Shown here: in pieces, positions 53,601 to 64,000 of the stretch
Layout: the number at the start of each line of letters is the position of its first letter
How positions within the stretch are numbered: position 1 is the first letter of the stretch
Origin: Eledone cirrhosa
Lineage: Eukaryota
DNA: 64,000 nucleotides
Direction: 5' to 3'
Assembly: GCA_964016885.1 (NCBI GenBank)
Contig: OZ024741.1
Coordinates: forward strand, 411,370,001 to 411,434,000
Program-made: the position numbers and the translations under genes
Notes under the pieces: generated by a model
The model's database searches: none
The model's input: the letters and a program-made list of their open reading frames with translations, nothing else
What the model was told of the DNA's origin: nothing

Positions 53601-56600
53601 CTGGTCAATGTCCTCAAGCCAGCCCTACTAAACATGGTCAGTAGCAAGAAGCCAGCCCTACTACACTGGTCAATGCTCTCGTGGCCAGAAACCAGCCCTA
53701 CTATACTGGTCAATGATCTCAAGCCAACCCTACTAAACATTGTCAGTAGCCAGAAGCCAGCCCTACTAAACTGGTCAATGTCTTCAAGCCAGCCCTACTA
53801 AACCTGGTCATTGGCCAGAAGCCCGCCCTACTAAACTGGTCAATGTCCTCAAGCCAGCCCTACTAAACATGGTCATTGGCCAGAAGCCCGCCCTACTAAA
53901 CTGGTCAATGTCGTCAAGCCAGCCCTACTAAACATGGTCAGTGGCCAGAAGCCAGCCCTACTCAACTGGTCAATGTCCTCAAGCCATCCCTACTAAACAT
54001 TGTCAGTAGCCAGAAGCCAGCCCTACTGAACTGGTCAATGTCCTCGAGCCATCCCTACTAAACATTGTCAGTGGCCCGAAGCCAGCCCTACTAAACTGGT
54101 CAATGTCCTCAAGCCATCCCTACTAAACATTGTCAGTAGCCAGAAGCCAGCCCTACTGAACTGGTCAATGTCCTCGAGCCATCCCTACTAAACATGGTCA
54201 GTGGCCCGAAGCCAGCCCTACTAAACTGGTCAATGTCCTCAAGCCAGCCCTACTAAACATGGTCAGTGGCCCGAAGCCAGCCCTACTACACTGGTCAATC
54301 TCTTCAAGCCAACCCTACTAAACTGGTCAATGGTCTCAAGCCAGGTCTACTAAACATGGTCAGTGGCCAGAAGCCAGCCCTACTAAACTGGTCAATGTCC
54401 TCAAGCCAGCCCTACTAAACATGGTCAGTGGCAAGAAGCCAACCCTACTAAACTGGTCAATGGTCTCAAGCCAGGTCTACTAAACATGGTCAGTGGCCAG
54501 AAGCCAGCCCTACTAAACTGGTCAATGTCCTCAAGCCAGCCCTACTAAACATGGTCAGTGGCAAGAAGCCAACCCTACTAAACTGGTCAATGGTCTCAAG
54601 CCAGGTCTACTAAACATGGTCAGTGGCCAGAAGCCAGCCCTACTAAACTGGTCAATGTCCTCAAGCCAGCCCTACTAAACATGGTCAGTGGCAAGAAGCC
54701 AACCCTACTAAACTGGTCAATGGTCTCAAGCCAGGTCTACTAAACATGGTCAGTGGCCAGAAGCCAGCCCTACTAAACTGATCAATGTCCCCAAGCCAGC
54801 CCTACTAAATATGGTCAGTGGCAAGAAGCCAGCCCTACTACACTGGTCAATGGTCTCAAGCCAGCCCTACTAAACATGGTCAGTAGGCAGAAGCCAGCCC
54901 TACTACACTGGTCAATGCTCTCGTGGCCAGAAAGCAGCCCTACTAAACTGGTCAATGATCTCAAGCCATCCCTACTAAACATGGTCAGTGGCCAGAAGCC
55001 AGCCCTACTAAACTGGTCAATGTCGTCAAGCGAGCCCTACTAAACATGGTCAGTGGCCAGAAGCCAGCCCTACTAAACTGGTCAATGTCCTCAAGCCAGC
55101 CCTACTACACATGGTCAGTGGCCAGAAGCCAGCCCTACTAAACTGGTCAATGTCCTCAAGCGAGCCCTACTAAACATGGTCAGTGGCCAGAAGCCAGCCC
55201 TACTAAACTGATCAATGTCCTCAAGCCAGCCCTACTAAACATGGTCAGTGGCCAGAAGCCAGCCCTACTAAACTGGTCAAAGTAGTCAAGCCAGCCCTAC
55301 TAAACATGGTCAGTGGCCAGAAGCCAGCCCTACTAAACTGGTCAATGGTCTCAAGCCAGCTCTACTAAACATGGTCAGTTGCCAGAAGCCAGCCCTACTA
55401 AACTGGTCAATGTTTTCAAGCCAGCCCTACTAAACATGGTCAATGGTCAGAAGCCAGCCCTACTATACTGATCAATGTCTTCAAGCCAGCCCTACTAAAC
55501 ATGGTCAATGGTCAGAAGCCAGCCCTACTAAACTGGTCAATGGTCTCAAGCCAGCCCTACTAAACATGGTCAGTGGCCAGAAGCCAGCCCTATTAAACTT
55601 GTGAATGTCCTCAAACCAGCCCTACTAAACATGGTCAGTGGCCAGAAGCCAGCCCTACTACACTGGTCAATGGTCTCAAGCCAGCCCTACTAAACATGGT
55701 CAGTGGCCAGAAGCCAGCCCTACTAAACTGGTCAATGTCCTCAAGCCAGCCCTACTAAACATGGTCAGTGGCCAGAAGCCAGCCCTACTACACTGGTCAA
55801 TGTCTTCAAGCCACCCCTATGAAACATGGTCAGTGGCCAGAAGCCAGGCCTACTACACTGGTCAATGGTCTCAAGCCAGCCCTACTAAACATGGTCAGTG
55901 GCCAGAATCCAGCCCTACTAAACTGGTCAATGTCCTCAAGCCAGCCCTACTAAACATGGTCAGTGGCCAGAAGCCCGCCCTACTAAACTGGTCAATGTCC
56001 TCAAGCCATCCCTACTAAACATGGTCAGTGGCCAGAAGCCAGCCCTACTACACTGGTCAATGATCTCAAGCCAGCCCTACTAAACATTGTCAGTAGCCAG
56101 AAGCCAGCCCTACTAAACTGGTCAATGTCCTCAAGCCATCCCTACTAAACATGGTCAGTGGCCAGAAGCCAGGCCTACTACACTGGTCAATGTCCTCAAT
56201 CCATCCCTACTAAACATGGTCAGTTGCCAGAAGCCAGCCCTACTAAACTGGTCAATGTCCTCAAGCCATCCCTGCTAAACATGGTCAGTGGCCAGAAGCC
56301 AGCCCTACTACACTGGTCAATGATCTCAAGCCAGCCCTACTAAACATTGTCAGTAGCCAGAAGCCAGCCCTACTAAACTGGTCAATGTCCTCAAGCCATC
56401 CCTACTAAACATGGTCAGTGGCCAGAAGCCAGCCCTACTACACTGGTCAATGATCTCAAGCCATCCCTACTAAACATGGTCAGTGGCCAGAAGCCAGCCC
56501 TACTACACTGGTCAATGATCTCAAGCCAGCCCTACTAAACATTGTCAGTAGCCAGAAGCCAGCCCTACTAAACTGGTCAATGTCCTCAAGCCATCCCTAC

Positions 56601-59600
56601 TAAACATGGTCAGTGGCCAGAAGCCAGCCCTACTACGCTGGTCAATGATCTCAAGCCAGCCCTAATAAACATGGTCAGTGGCCAGAAGCCAGCCCTACTA
56701 CACTGGTCAATGATCTCAAGCCAGCCCTACTAAACATTGTCAGTAGCCAGAAGCCAGCCCTACTAAACTGGTCAATGTCCTCAAGCCATCCCTACTAAAC
56801 ATGGTCAGTGGCCAGAAGCCAGCCCTACTACACTGGTCAATGATCTCAAGCCATCCCTACTAAACATGGTCAGTGGCCAGAAGCCAGCCCTACTACACTG
56901 GTCAATGATCTCAAGCCAGCCCTACTAAACATTGTCAGTAGCCAGAAGCCAGCCCTACTAAACTGGTCAATGTCCTCAAGCCAGCCCTACTAAACATGGT
57001 CAGTGGCCAGAAGCCAGCCCTACTACGCTGGTCAATGATCTCAAGCCAGCCCTAATAAACATGGTCAGTGGCCAGAAGCCAGCCCTACTAAACTGGTGAA
57101 TGTCCTCAAGCCAGCCCTAATAAACATGGTCAGTGGCCAGAAGCCAGCCCTACTAAACTGGTCAATGTCCTCAAGCCAGACCTACTAAACATGGTCAGTG
57201 GCCAGAAGCCAGCCCTACTAAAGTGGTCAAAGTCGTCAAGCCAGCCCTACTAAACATGGTCAGTGGCCAGAAGCCAGCCCTACTAAACTGGTCAATGTCC
57301 TTAAGCCAGCCCTACTAAACATGGTCAGTGGCCAGAAGCCAGCCCTACTAAACTGGTCAATGTCCTCAAGCCATCCCTACTAAACATGGTCAGTGGCCAG
57401 AAGCCAGCTCTACTAAACTGGTGAATGTCCTCAAGCCAGCCCTACTAAACATGGTCAGTGACCAGAAGCCAGCCCTACTAAACTGGTCAATGTCCTCAAG
57501 CCACCCCTACGAAACATGATCAGTGGCCAGAAGCCAGCCCTACTAAACTGGTCAATGTCCTTAAGCCAGCCCTACTAAACATGGTCAGTGGCCAGAAGCC
57601 AGGCCTACTAAACTGGTGAATGTCCTCAAGCCAGCCCTAATAAACATGGTCAGTGGCCAGAAGCCAGCCCTACTAAACTGGTGAATGTCCTCAAGCCAGC
57701 CCTAATAAACATGGTCAGTGGCCAGAAGCCAGCCCTACTAAACTGGTCAATGTCCTCAAGCCAGCCCTACTAAACATAGTCAGTGGCCAGAAGCCAGCCC
57801 TACTACACTGGTCAATGGTCTCAAGCCAGCCCTACTAAACATGGTCAGTGGCCAGAAGCCAGCCCTACTAAACTGGTCAATGTCTTCAAGCCACCCCTAC
57901 TAAACATGGTCAGTGGCCAGAAGCCAGCCCTACTAAACTGGTCAATGTCCTCAAGCCAGCCCTACTAAACATGGTCAGTGGCCAGAAGCCAGCCCTACTA
58001 AACTGGTCAATGTCCTCAAGCCACCCCTACGAAACATGATCAGTGGCCAGAAGCCAGCCCTACTAAACTGGTCAATGTCCTCAAGCCAGCCCTAATAAAC
58101 ATGGTCAGTGGCCAGAAGCCAGCCCTACTAAACTGGTGAATGTCCTCAAGCCAGCCCTAATAAACATGGTCAGTGGCCAGAAGCCAGCCCTACTAAACTG
58201 GTCAATGTCCTCAAGCCAGACCTACTAAACATGGTCAGTGGCCAGAAGCCAGCCCTACTAAAGTGGTCAAAGTCGTCAAGCCAGCCCTACTAAACATGGT
58301 CAGTGGCCAGAAGCCAGCCCTACTAAACTGGTCAATGTCCTTAAGCCAGCCCTACTAAACATGGTCAGTGGCCAGAAGCCAGCCCTACTAAACTGGTCAA
58401 TGTCCTCAAGCCATCCCTACTAAACATGGTCAGTGGCCAGAAGCCAGCCCTACTAAACTGGTGAATGTCCTCAAGCCAGGCCTACTAAACATGGTCAGTG
58501 GCCAGAAGCCAGGCCTACTACACTGGTCAATGTCTTCAAGCCACCCCTACTAAACATGGTCAGTGGCCAGAAGCCAGCCCTACTAAACTGGTCAATGTCC
58601 TCAAGCCAGCCCTACTAAACATGGTCAGTGGCCAGAAGCCAGCCCTACTAAACTGGTCAATGTCCTCAAGCCACCCCTACGAAACATGATCAGTGGCCAG
58701 AAGCCAGCCCTACTAAACTGGTCAATGTCCTCAAGCCAGCCCTAATAAACATGGTCAGTGGCCAGAAGCCAGCCCTACTAAACTGGTGAATGTCCTCAAG
58801 ACAGCCCTAATAAACATGGTCAGTGGCCAGAAGCCAGCCCTACTAAACTGGTCAATGTCCTCAAGCCAGACCTACTAAACATGGTCAGTGGCCAGAAGCC
58901 AGCCCTACTAAAGTGGTCAAAGTCGTCAAGCCAGCCCTACTAAACATGGTCAGTGGCCAGAAGCCAGCCCTACTAAACTGGTCAATGTCCTCAAGCCATC
59001 CCTACTAAACATGGTCAGAAGCCAGCCCTACTAAACTGGTCAATGTCCTCAAGCCAGCCCTACTAAACATGGTCAGTGGCCAGAAGCCAGCCCTACTACA
59101 CTGGTCAATGGTCTCAAGCCAGCTCTACTAAAGATGGTCAGTGGCCAGAAGCCTGCCCTACTAAACTGGTCAATGTCTTCAAGCCACCCCTACTAAACAT
59201 GGTCAGTGGCCAGAAGCCAGGCCTACTACACTGGTCAATGGTCTCAAGCCAGCCCTACTAAACATTGTCAGTAGCCAGAAGCCAGCCTTACTAAACTGGT
59301 CAATGGTCTCAAGCCAGCTCTACTAAACATGTCAGTGGCCAGAAGCCAGCCCTACTAAACTGGTCAATGTCTTCAAGCCACCCCTACTAAACATGGTCAG
59401 TGGCAAGAAGCCAGGCCTACTAAACTGGTCAATGTCCTCAAGCCAGCCCTACTAAACATGGTCAGTGGCCAGAAGCCAGCCCTACTACACTGGTCAATGT
59501 CCTCAAGCCAGCCCTACTAAACATGGTCAATGGCCAGAAGCCAGCCCTACTAAACTGGTCAATGTCCTCAAGCCAGCCCTACTAAACATGGTCAGTGGCC

Positions 59601-60418
59601 AGAAGCCAGCCCTACTAGACTGGTCAATGTCCTCAAGCCAGCCCTACTAAACATGGTCAATGGCCAGAAGCCAGCCCTACTAAACTGGTCAATGTCCTCA
59701 AGCCAGCCCTACTAAACATGGTCAGTGGCCAGAAGCCAGCCCTACTAAACTGGTCAATGTCCTCAAGCCAGCCCTACTAAACATGGTCAGTGGCCAGAAG
59801 CCAGCCCTACTAGACTGGTCAATGTCCTCAAGCCAGCCCTACTAAACATGGTCAATGGCCAGAAGCCAGCCCTACTAAACTGGTCAATGTCCTCAAGCCA
59901 GCCCTACTAAACATGGTCAGTGGCCAGAAGCCAGCCCTACTAGACTGGTCAATGTCCTCAAGCCAGCCCTACTAAACATGGTCAATGGCCAGAAGCCAGC
60001 CCTACTAAACTGGTCAATGTCCTCAAGCCAGCCCTACTAAACATGGTCAGTGGCCAGAAGCCAGCCCTACTAAACTGGTCAATGTCTTCAAGCCAGCCCT
60101 ACTAAACATGGTCAGTGGCCAGAAGCCAGCCCTACTTAACTGGTCAATGTCCTCAAGCCATCCCTACTAATCATGGTCAGTGGCCAGAAGCCAGCCCTAC
60201 TAAACTGGTCAATGTCCTCAAGCCAGCCCTACTAAACATGGTCAGTGGCCAGAAGCCAGGCCTACTACACTGGTCAATGGTCTCAAGCCAGCCCTACTAA
60301 ACATGGTCAGTAGCCAGAAGCCAGCCTTACTAAACTGGTCAATGATCTCAAGCCAGCCCTACGAAACATGGTCAGTGGCCAGAAGCCAGCCCTACTAAAC
60401 TGGTCAATGTCCTCAAGC
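50688..60418. repeat. 65-bp dimeric satellite (33+32 bp subunits, about 150 copies)
   Basis: AAGCCAGCCCTACTAAACATGGTCAGTGGCCAG + AAGCCAGCCCTACTAAACTGGTCAATGTCCTC. Confidence 0.97.
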
Positions 60419-60444
60419 AATGATAAACAGCAATATAATAGGGA

Positions 60445-60596
60445 TTTGTGGGAAGGGGGAAAGTTGATTAAATCAACTCCAGTGTATTACTGGTACTTTG
60501 TTTTATCGATCCTGTAAGGATGGCATGTAAAGCTAACATCGGTGGAATTTGAACTCAGAATGTAAAGGGTCGTAACTCTGTGCCACAAAGCATGTA
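60445..60596 (-). mobile_element. Octopus-type SINE fragment
   Basis: GATTAAATCAACTCCAGTGTATTACTGGTACTTTGTTTTATCGATCC...GGAATTTGAACTCAGAA is the reverse complement of the SINE core and B box. Confidence 0.75.
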
Positions 60597-60610
60597 GTAT
60601 AATATAATAA

Positions 60611-60788
60611 TTGTTTCTACTTTTGGCACAAGGCCAACAAATACCCAGTGTATTACTGGTACTTTATTTTATCGACCCCGTAAGGATGAAAGGCAAAGTT
60701 AACCTCGGCGGGATTTGAACTCAGATCATACAGGGAGGTAACTCTATGCTACAAAGCATGTCGTCCAACCCTCTATCAATACTGCCTA
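60611..60788 (-). mobile_element. Octopus-type SINE, second tandem copy
   Basis: Tail TTTGGCACAAGGCC, core CCCAGTGTATTACTGGTACTTTATTTTATCGACCCC...CCTCGGCGGGATTTGAAC, and a head matching 32018-32065 in reverse complement. Confidence 0.8.
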
Positions 60789-60858
60789 TCCACAATGTAT
60801 GCTAATATATAATCACATCACATATCTTACTTAAACCTTCTAAAACTTAGGTCTTATG

Positions 60859-61017
60859 CAGGGCCATCTTAACAGCATTATAGGCCCCCGGGCAAATCAG
60901 AGCACTGGGGCCCCTACCTACACAACCACTCACAGGAATAAAAATACAAATGGGCCCCCTATCCTTGTGGAGCCCCTGGGAAACTGCCCAGCGTGCCCAT
61001 GCGTTAAGACGGTCCTG
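60859..61017. mobile_element. 159-bp non-autonomous hAT-type DNA transposon (MITE)
   Basis: TIRs CAGGGCCATCTTAAC / GTTAAGACGGTCCTG (13 of 15 complementary). Perfect 8-bp TSD GTCTTATG at 60851-60858 and 61018-61025. Internal GGCCCC motifs. Confidence 0.9.
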
Positions 61018-61027
61018 GTCTTATGTC

Positions 61028-61606
61028 AAACATAGGTAACTTACTAATTAGAAACGCAGGTAACTTACTAATTAGAAACACAGGTAACTTACTTATTAGA
61101 AACACAGGTAACTTACTTATTAGATACACAAGTAACTTACTTATTAGAAACACAGGTAACTTACTTATTAGATACACAGGTAACTTACTTATTAGATACA
61201 CAAGTAACTTACTTATTAGATACACAGGTAACTTACTTATTAGATACACAGGTAACTTACTTATTAGATACACAAGTAACTTACTTATTAGAAACACAGG
61301 TAACTTACTTATTAGAAACACAGGTAACTTACTTATTAGAAACACATGTAACTTACTTATTAGAAACACAGGTAACTTACTTATTAGAAACACAGGTAAC
61401 TTACTTATTAGATACACAAGTAACTTACTTATTAGAAACACAGGTAACTTACTTATTAGATACACAAGTAACTTACTTATTAGATACACAAGTAACTTAC
61501 TTATTAGATACACAGGTAACTTACTTATTAGATACACAAGTAACTTACTTATTAGATACACAGGTAACTTACTTATTAGATACACAGGTAACTTACTTAT
61601 TAGAAA
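61028..61606. repeat. 24-bp minisatellite (about 24 copies)
   Basis: Unit CA(G/A)GTAACTTACTTATTAGA(A/T)ACA. Confidence 0.95.
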
Positions 61607-61639
61607 TATAGTCATGATAAGGTTAAACTGAATACTTAT

Positions 61640-61898
61640 GCATACACTCACACTCATACACACACACTCAAACACATACACACACACTCACACACACTGA
61701 AACACATACACACACTCACACACACTCACACACACTCACACTCACACTCACACACACACACACTCACACACACCTTCACACATGCACTCACACACGCTCA
61801 CATATACACATAGACATATGCACACTCACACATATACAGAAACATACTCACACACACATACATATAGGCATACACACACACACACACATGTATACACA
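61640..61898. repeat. Imperfect (CA)n microsatellite
   Basis: CACACT/CACATA runs seen directly. Confidence 0.9.
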
Positions 61899-61940
61899 AG
61901 TAATTGTCTTATTACATCCACTATTTCCCTTATATTTCAG

Positions 61941-62207
61941 GAGATCCAAAACTATATGTCTGCTGTCTTATGTACAGACTTTCCATTTCTAACTCTTTCA
62001 ATAAACGGAATAATAAAGAACTCTCCCGCTGTGAGTACTCCAACGTTGACTTATCCTACAATATTCCAACCTGTTTTTGCTGAAGCAACCAATATAAAGA
62101 TTGTCTCTCAACAACTGACATATTACTTAAGAAGTGCCTTCAACTTCCAAATCTCAGAACATGCAGCTTATTTGGATTCTGCCCTGAATACAAAACTGCC
62201 AGAATCT
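61941..62207 (+). CDS. Host-gene exon C (267 nt, 89 aa, phase 0-0), probably the Misato/MSTO1-like C-terminal region
   Basis: Acceptor CTATTTCCCTTATATTTCAG| and donor |GTAAGT enclose an open, non-repetitive frame EIQNYMSAVL...YPTIFQPVFAEATNIKIVSQQLTYYLRSAFNFQISEHAAYLDSAL. It resembles the recalled MSTO1 tail (YPHLF...PVFGAL...QTL...R...ASFMD). The exon is well supported and the product is tentative. Confidence 0.75.
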
Positions 62208-62399
62208 GTAAGTAACCGGAACCCTTTGTTAACATATTTCTAATAAAAGACACTATTTTATTCAATGCACCTGGTTCACCCTGTAATGTAGTTTGCTGGT
62301 TACATGATGAAAAAGTACCTGGTCCACCCTGTAAATTGATCAAACTGATGACACAATGAAAAAGCTCCTAGTCCACCCTGTAAGGTGGGTGTGCTGGTG

Positions 62400-64000
62400 A
62401 GATGACAAAAAACACCCAGTCTACCCTGTAAGGTCCTCACATTGGTTACACAACAAAACCCCTAAGTCTACACTGTAAGGTCCTCACATTGGTTACACAA
62501 CAATAAACCCTCAGTCTACCATGTAAGGTCCTCACATTGGTTACACAACAAAAAACACCCAGTCTACCCTGTAAGGTCCTCATATTGGTTACACAACAAA
62601 AAACACACAGTCTACCCTGTAAGGTCCTCATATTGGTTACACAACAAAACCCCTCAGTCTACCATGTAAGCTCCTCATATTGGTTACACAACAAAAAACA
62701 CCCAGACTACCCTGTAAGGTCCTCATATTGGTTACACAACAAAAAACACACAGTCTACCCTGTAAGGTCCTCATATTGGTTACACAACAAAAAACACCCA
62801 GTCTACCCTGTAAGGTCCTCATATTGGTTACACAACAAAACCCCTCAGTCTACCATGTAAGCTCCTCATATTGGTTACACAACAAAAAACACCCAGACTA
62901 CCCTGTAAGGTCCTCATATTGGTTACACAACAAAAAACACACAGTCTACCCTGTAAGGTCCTCATATTGGTTACACAACAAAAAACACCCAGTCTACCCT
63001 GTAAGGTCCTCATATTGGTTACACAACAAAACCCCTCAGTCTACCATGTAAGCTCCTCATATTGGTTACACAACAAAAAACACCCAGTCTACCCTGTAAG
63101 GTCCTCACATTGGTTACACAAAAAAAAACACCCAGTCTACCCTGTAAGGTCCTCACATTGGTTACACAACAAAAAACACCCAGTCTACCCTGTAAGGTCC
63201 TCACATTGGTTACACAACAAAAAACCCTCAGTCTACCATGTAAGGTCCTCACATTGGTTACACAACAAAAAACACCCAGTCTACCCTGTAAGGTCCTCAC
63301 ATTGGTTACACAACAATAAACCCTCAGTCTACCCTGTAAGGTCCACACATTGGTTACACAACAAAAAACACCCAGTCTACCCTGTAAGGTCCTCACATTG
63401 GTTACACAACAAAAAACACCTGGCCCACCCTGTAAGGTTACACAACAAAAAAGGACCTTACATTGGTTACACAACAAAAAACCCTCAGTCTACCATGTAA
63501 GGTCCTCACATTGGTTACACAACAAAAAACACCCAGTCTACCCTGTAAGGTCCACACATTGGTTACACAACAAAAAAAAACCATTCTACCCTGTAAGGTC
63601 GTCACATTGGTTACACAACAAAAAACACCCAGTCTACCCTGTAAGGTCCTCACATTGGTTACACAACAAAAAACACCCAGTCTACCCTGTAAGGTCCTCA
63701 CATTGGTTACACAACAAAAAACACCCAGTCTACCCTGTAAGATCCTCACATTGGTTACACAACAAAAAACACCCAGTCTACCCTGAAAGGACCTCACATT
63801 GGTTACACAACAAAAAACCCTCAGTCTACCCTGTAAGGTCCTCACATTGGTTACACAACAAAAAACACCCAGTCTAGCCTGTAAGGTCCTCACATTGGTT
63901 ACACAACAAAAAACACCCAGTCTACCCTGTAAGGTCCTCACATTGGTTACACAACAAAAAACACCCAGTCTACCCTGTAAGGTCCTCACATTGGTTACAC
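62400..64000. repeat. 48/47-bp minisatellite (30+ copies, open at window end)
   Basis: Unit TTGGTTACACAACAAAAAACACCCAGTCTACCCTGTAAGGTCCTCACA. A 191-bp four-unit higher-order repeat lies at about 62490-63060. Confidence 0.96.

Noticed and set aside
61004-63989. Repeat-peptide ORFs (LISKLPVY, VTQQKTPSLPCK)
   Set aside because: Translations of the 24-bp and 48-bp minisatellites. Only 61941-62207 of the 61782-62243 ORF is plausibly coding.

Overview
Eukaryotic, repeat-dominated DNA, most likely an octopus/coleoid genome (inferred from a recalled octopus-type SINE core). The window appears to lie inside a + strand host gene. Three small phase-compatible exons (31879-31915, 50597-50623, 61941-62207) spell a peptide resembling the C-terminal part of Misato/MSTO1. 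The introns are inflated by six unrelated tandem repeats (49/40, 48, 37, 65, 24 and 48/47 bp units), microsatellites, SINEs and a 159-bp hAT-type MITE. The main feature is a 16.5-kb head-to-tail array of five L1/Tx1-clade non-LTR retrotransposon copies (32527-49004) from about three subfamilies. Every copy sits in the same (TATC)n microsatellite, has no poly(A) tail, and shares covarying 3'UTR hairpins. Target-site duplications record part of the insertion order. Almost all ORFs in the supplied track outside the retroelements are translations of satellite DNA.
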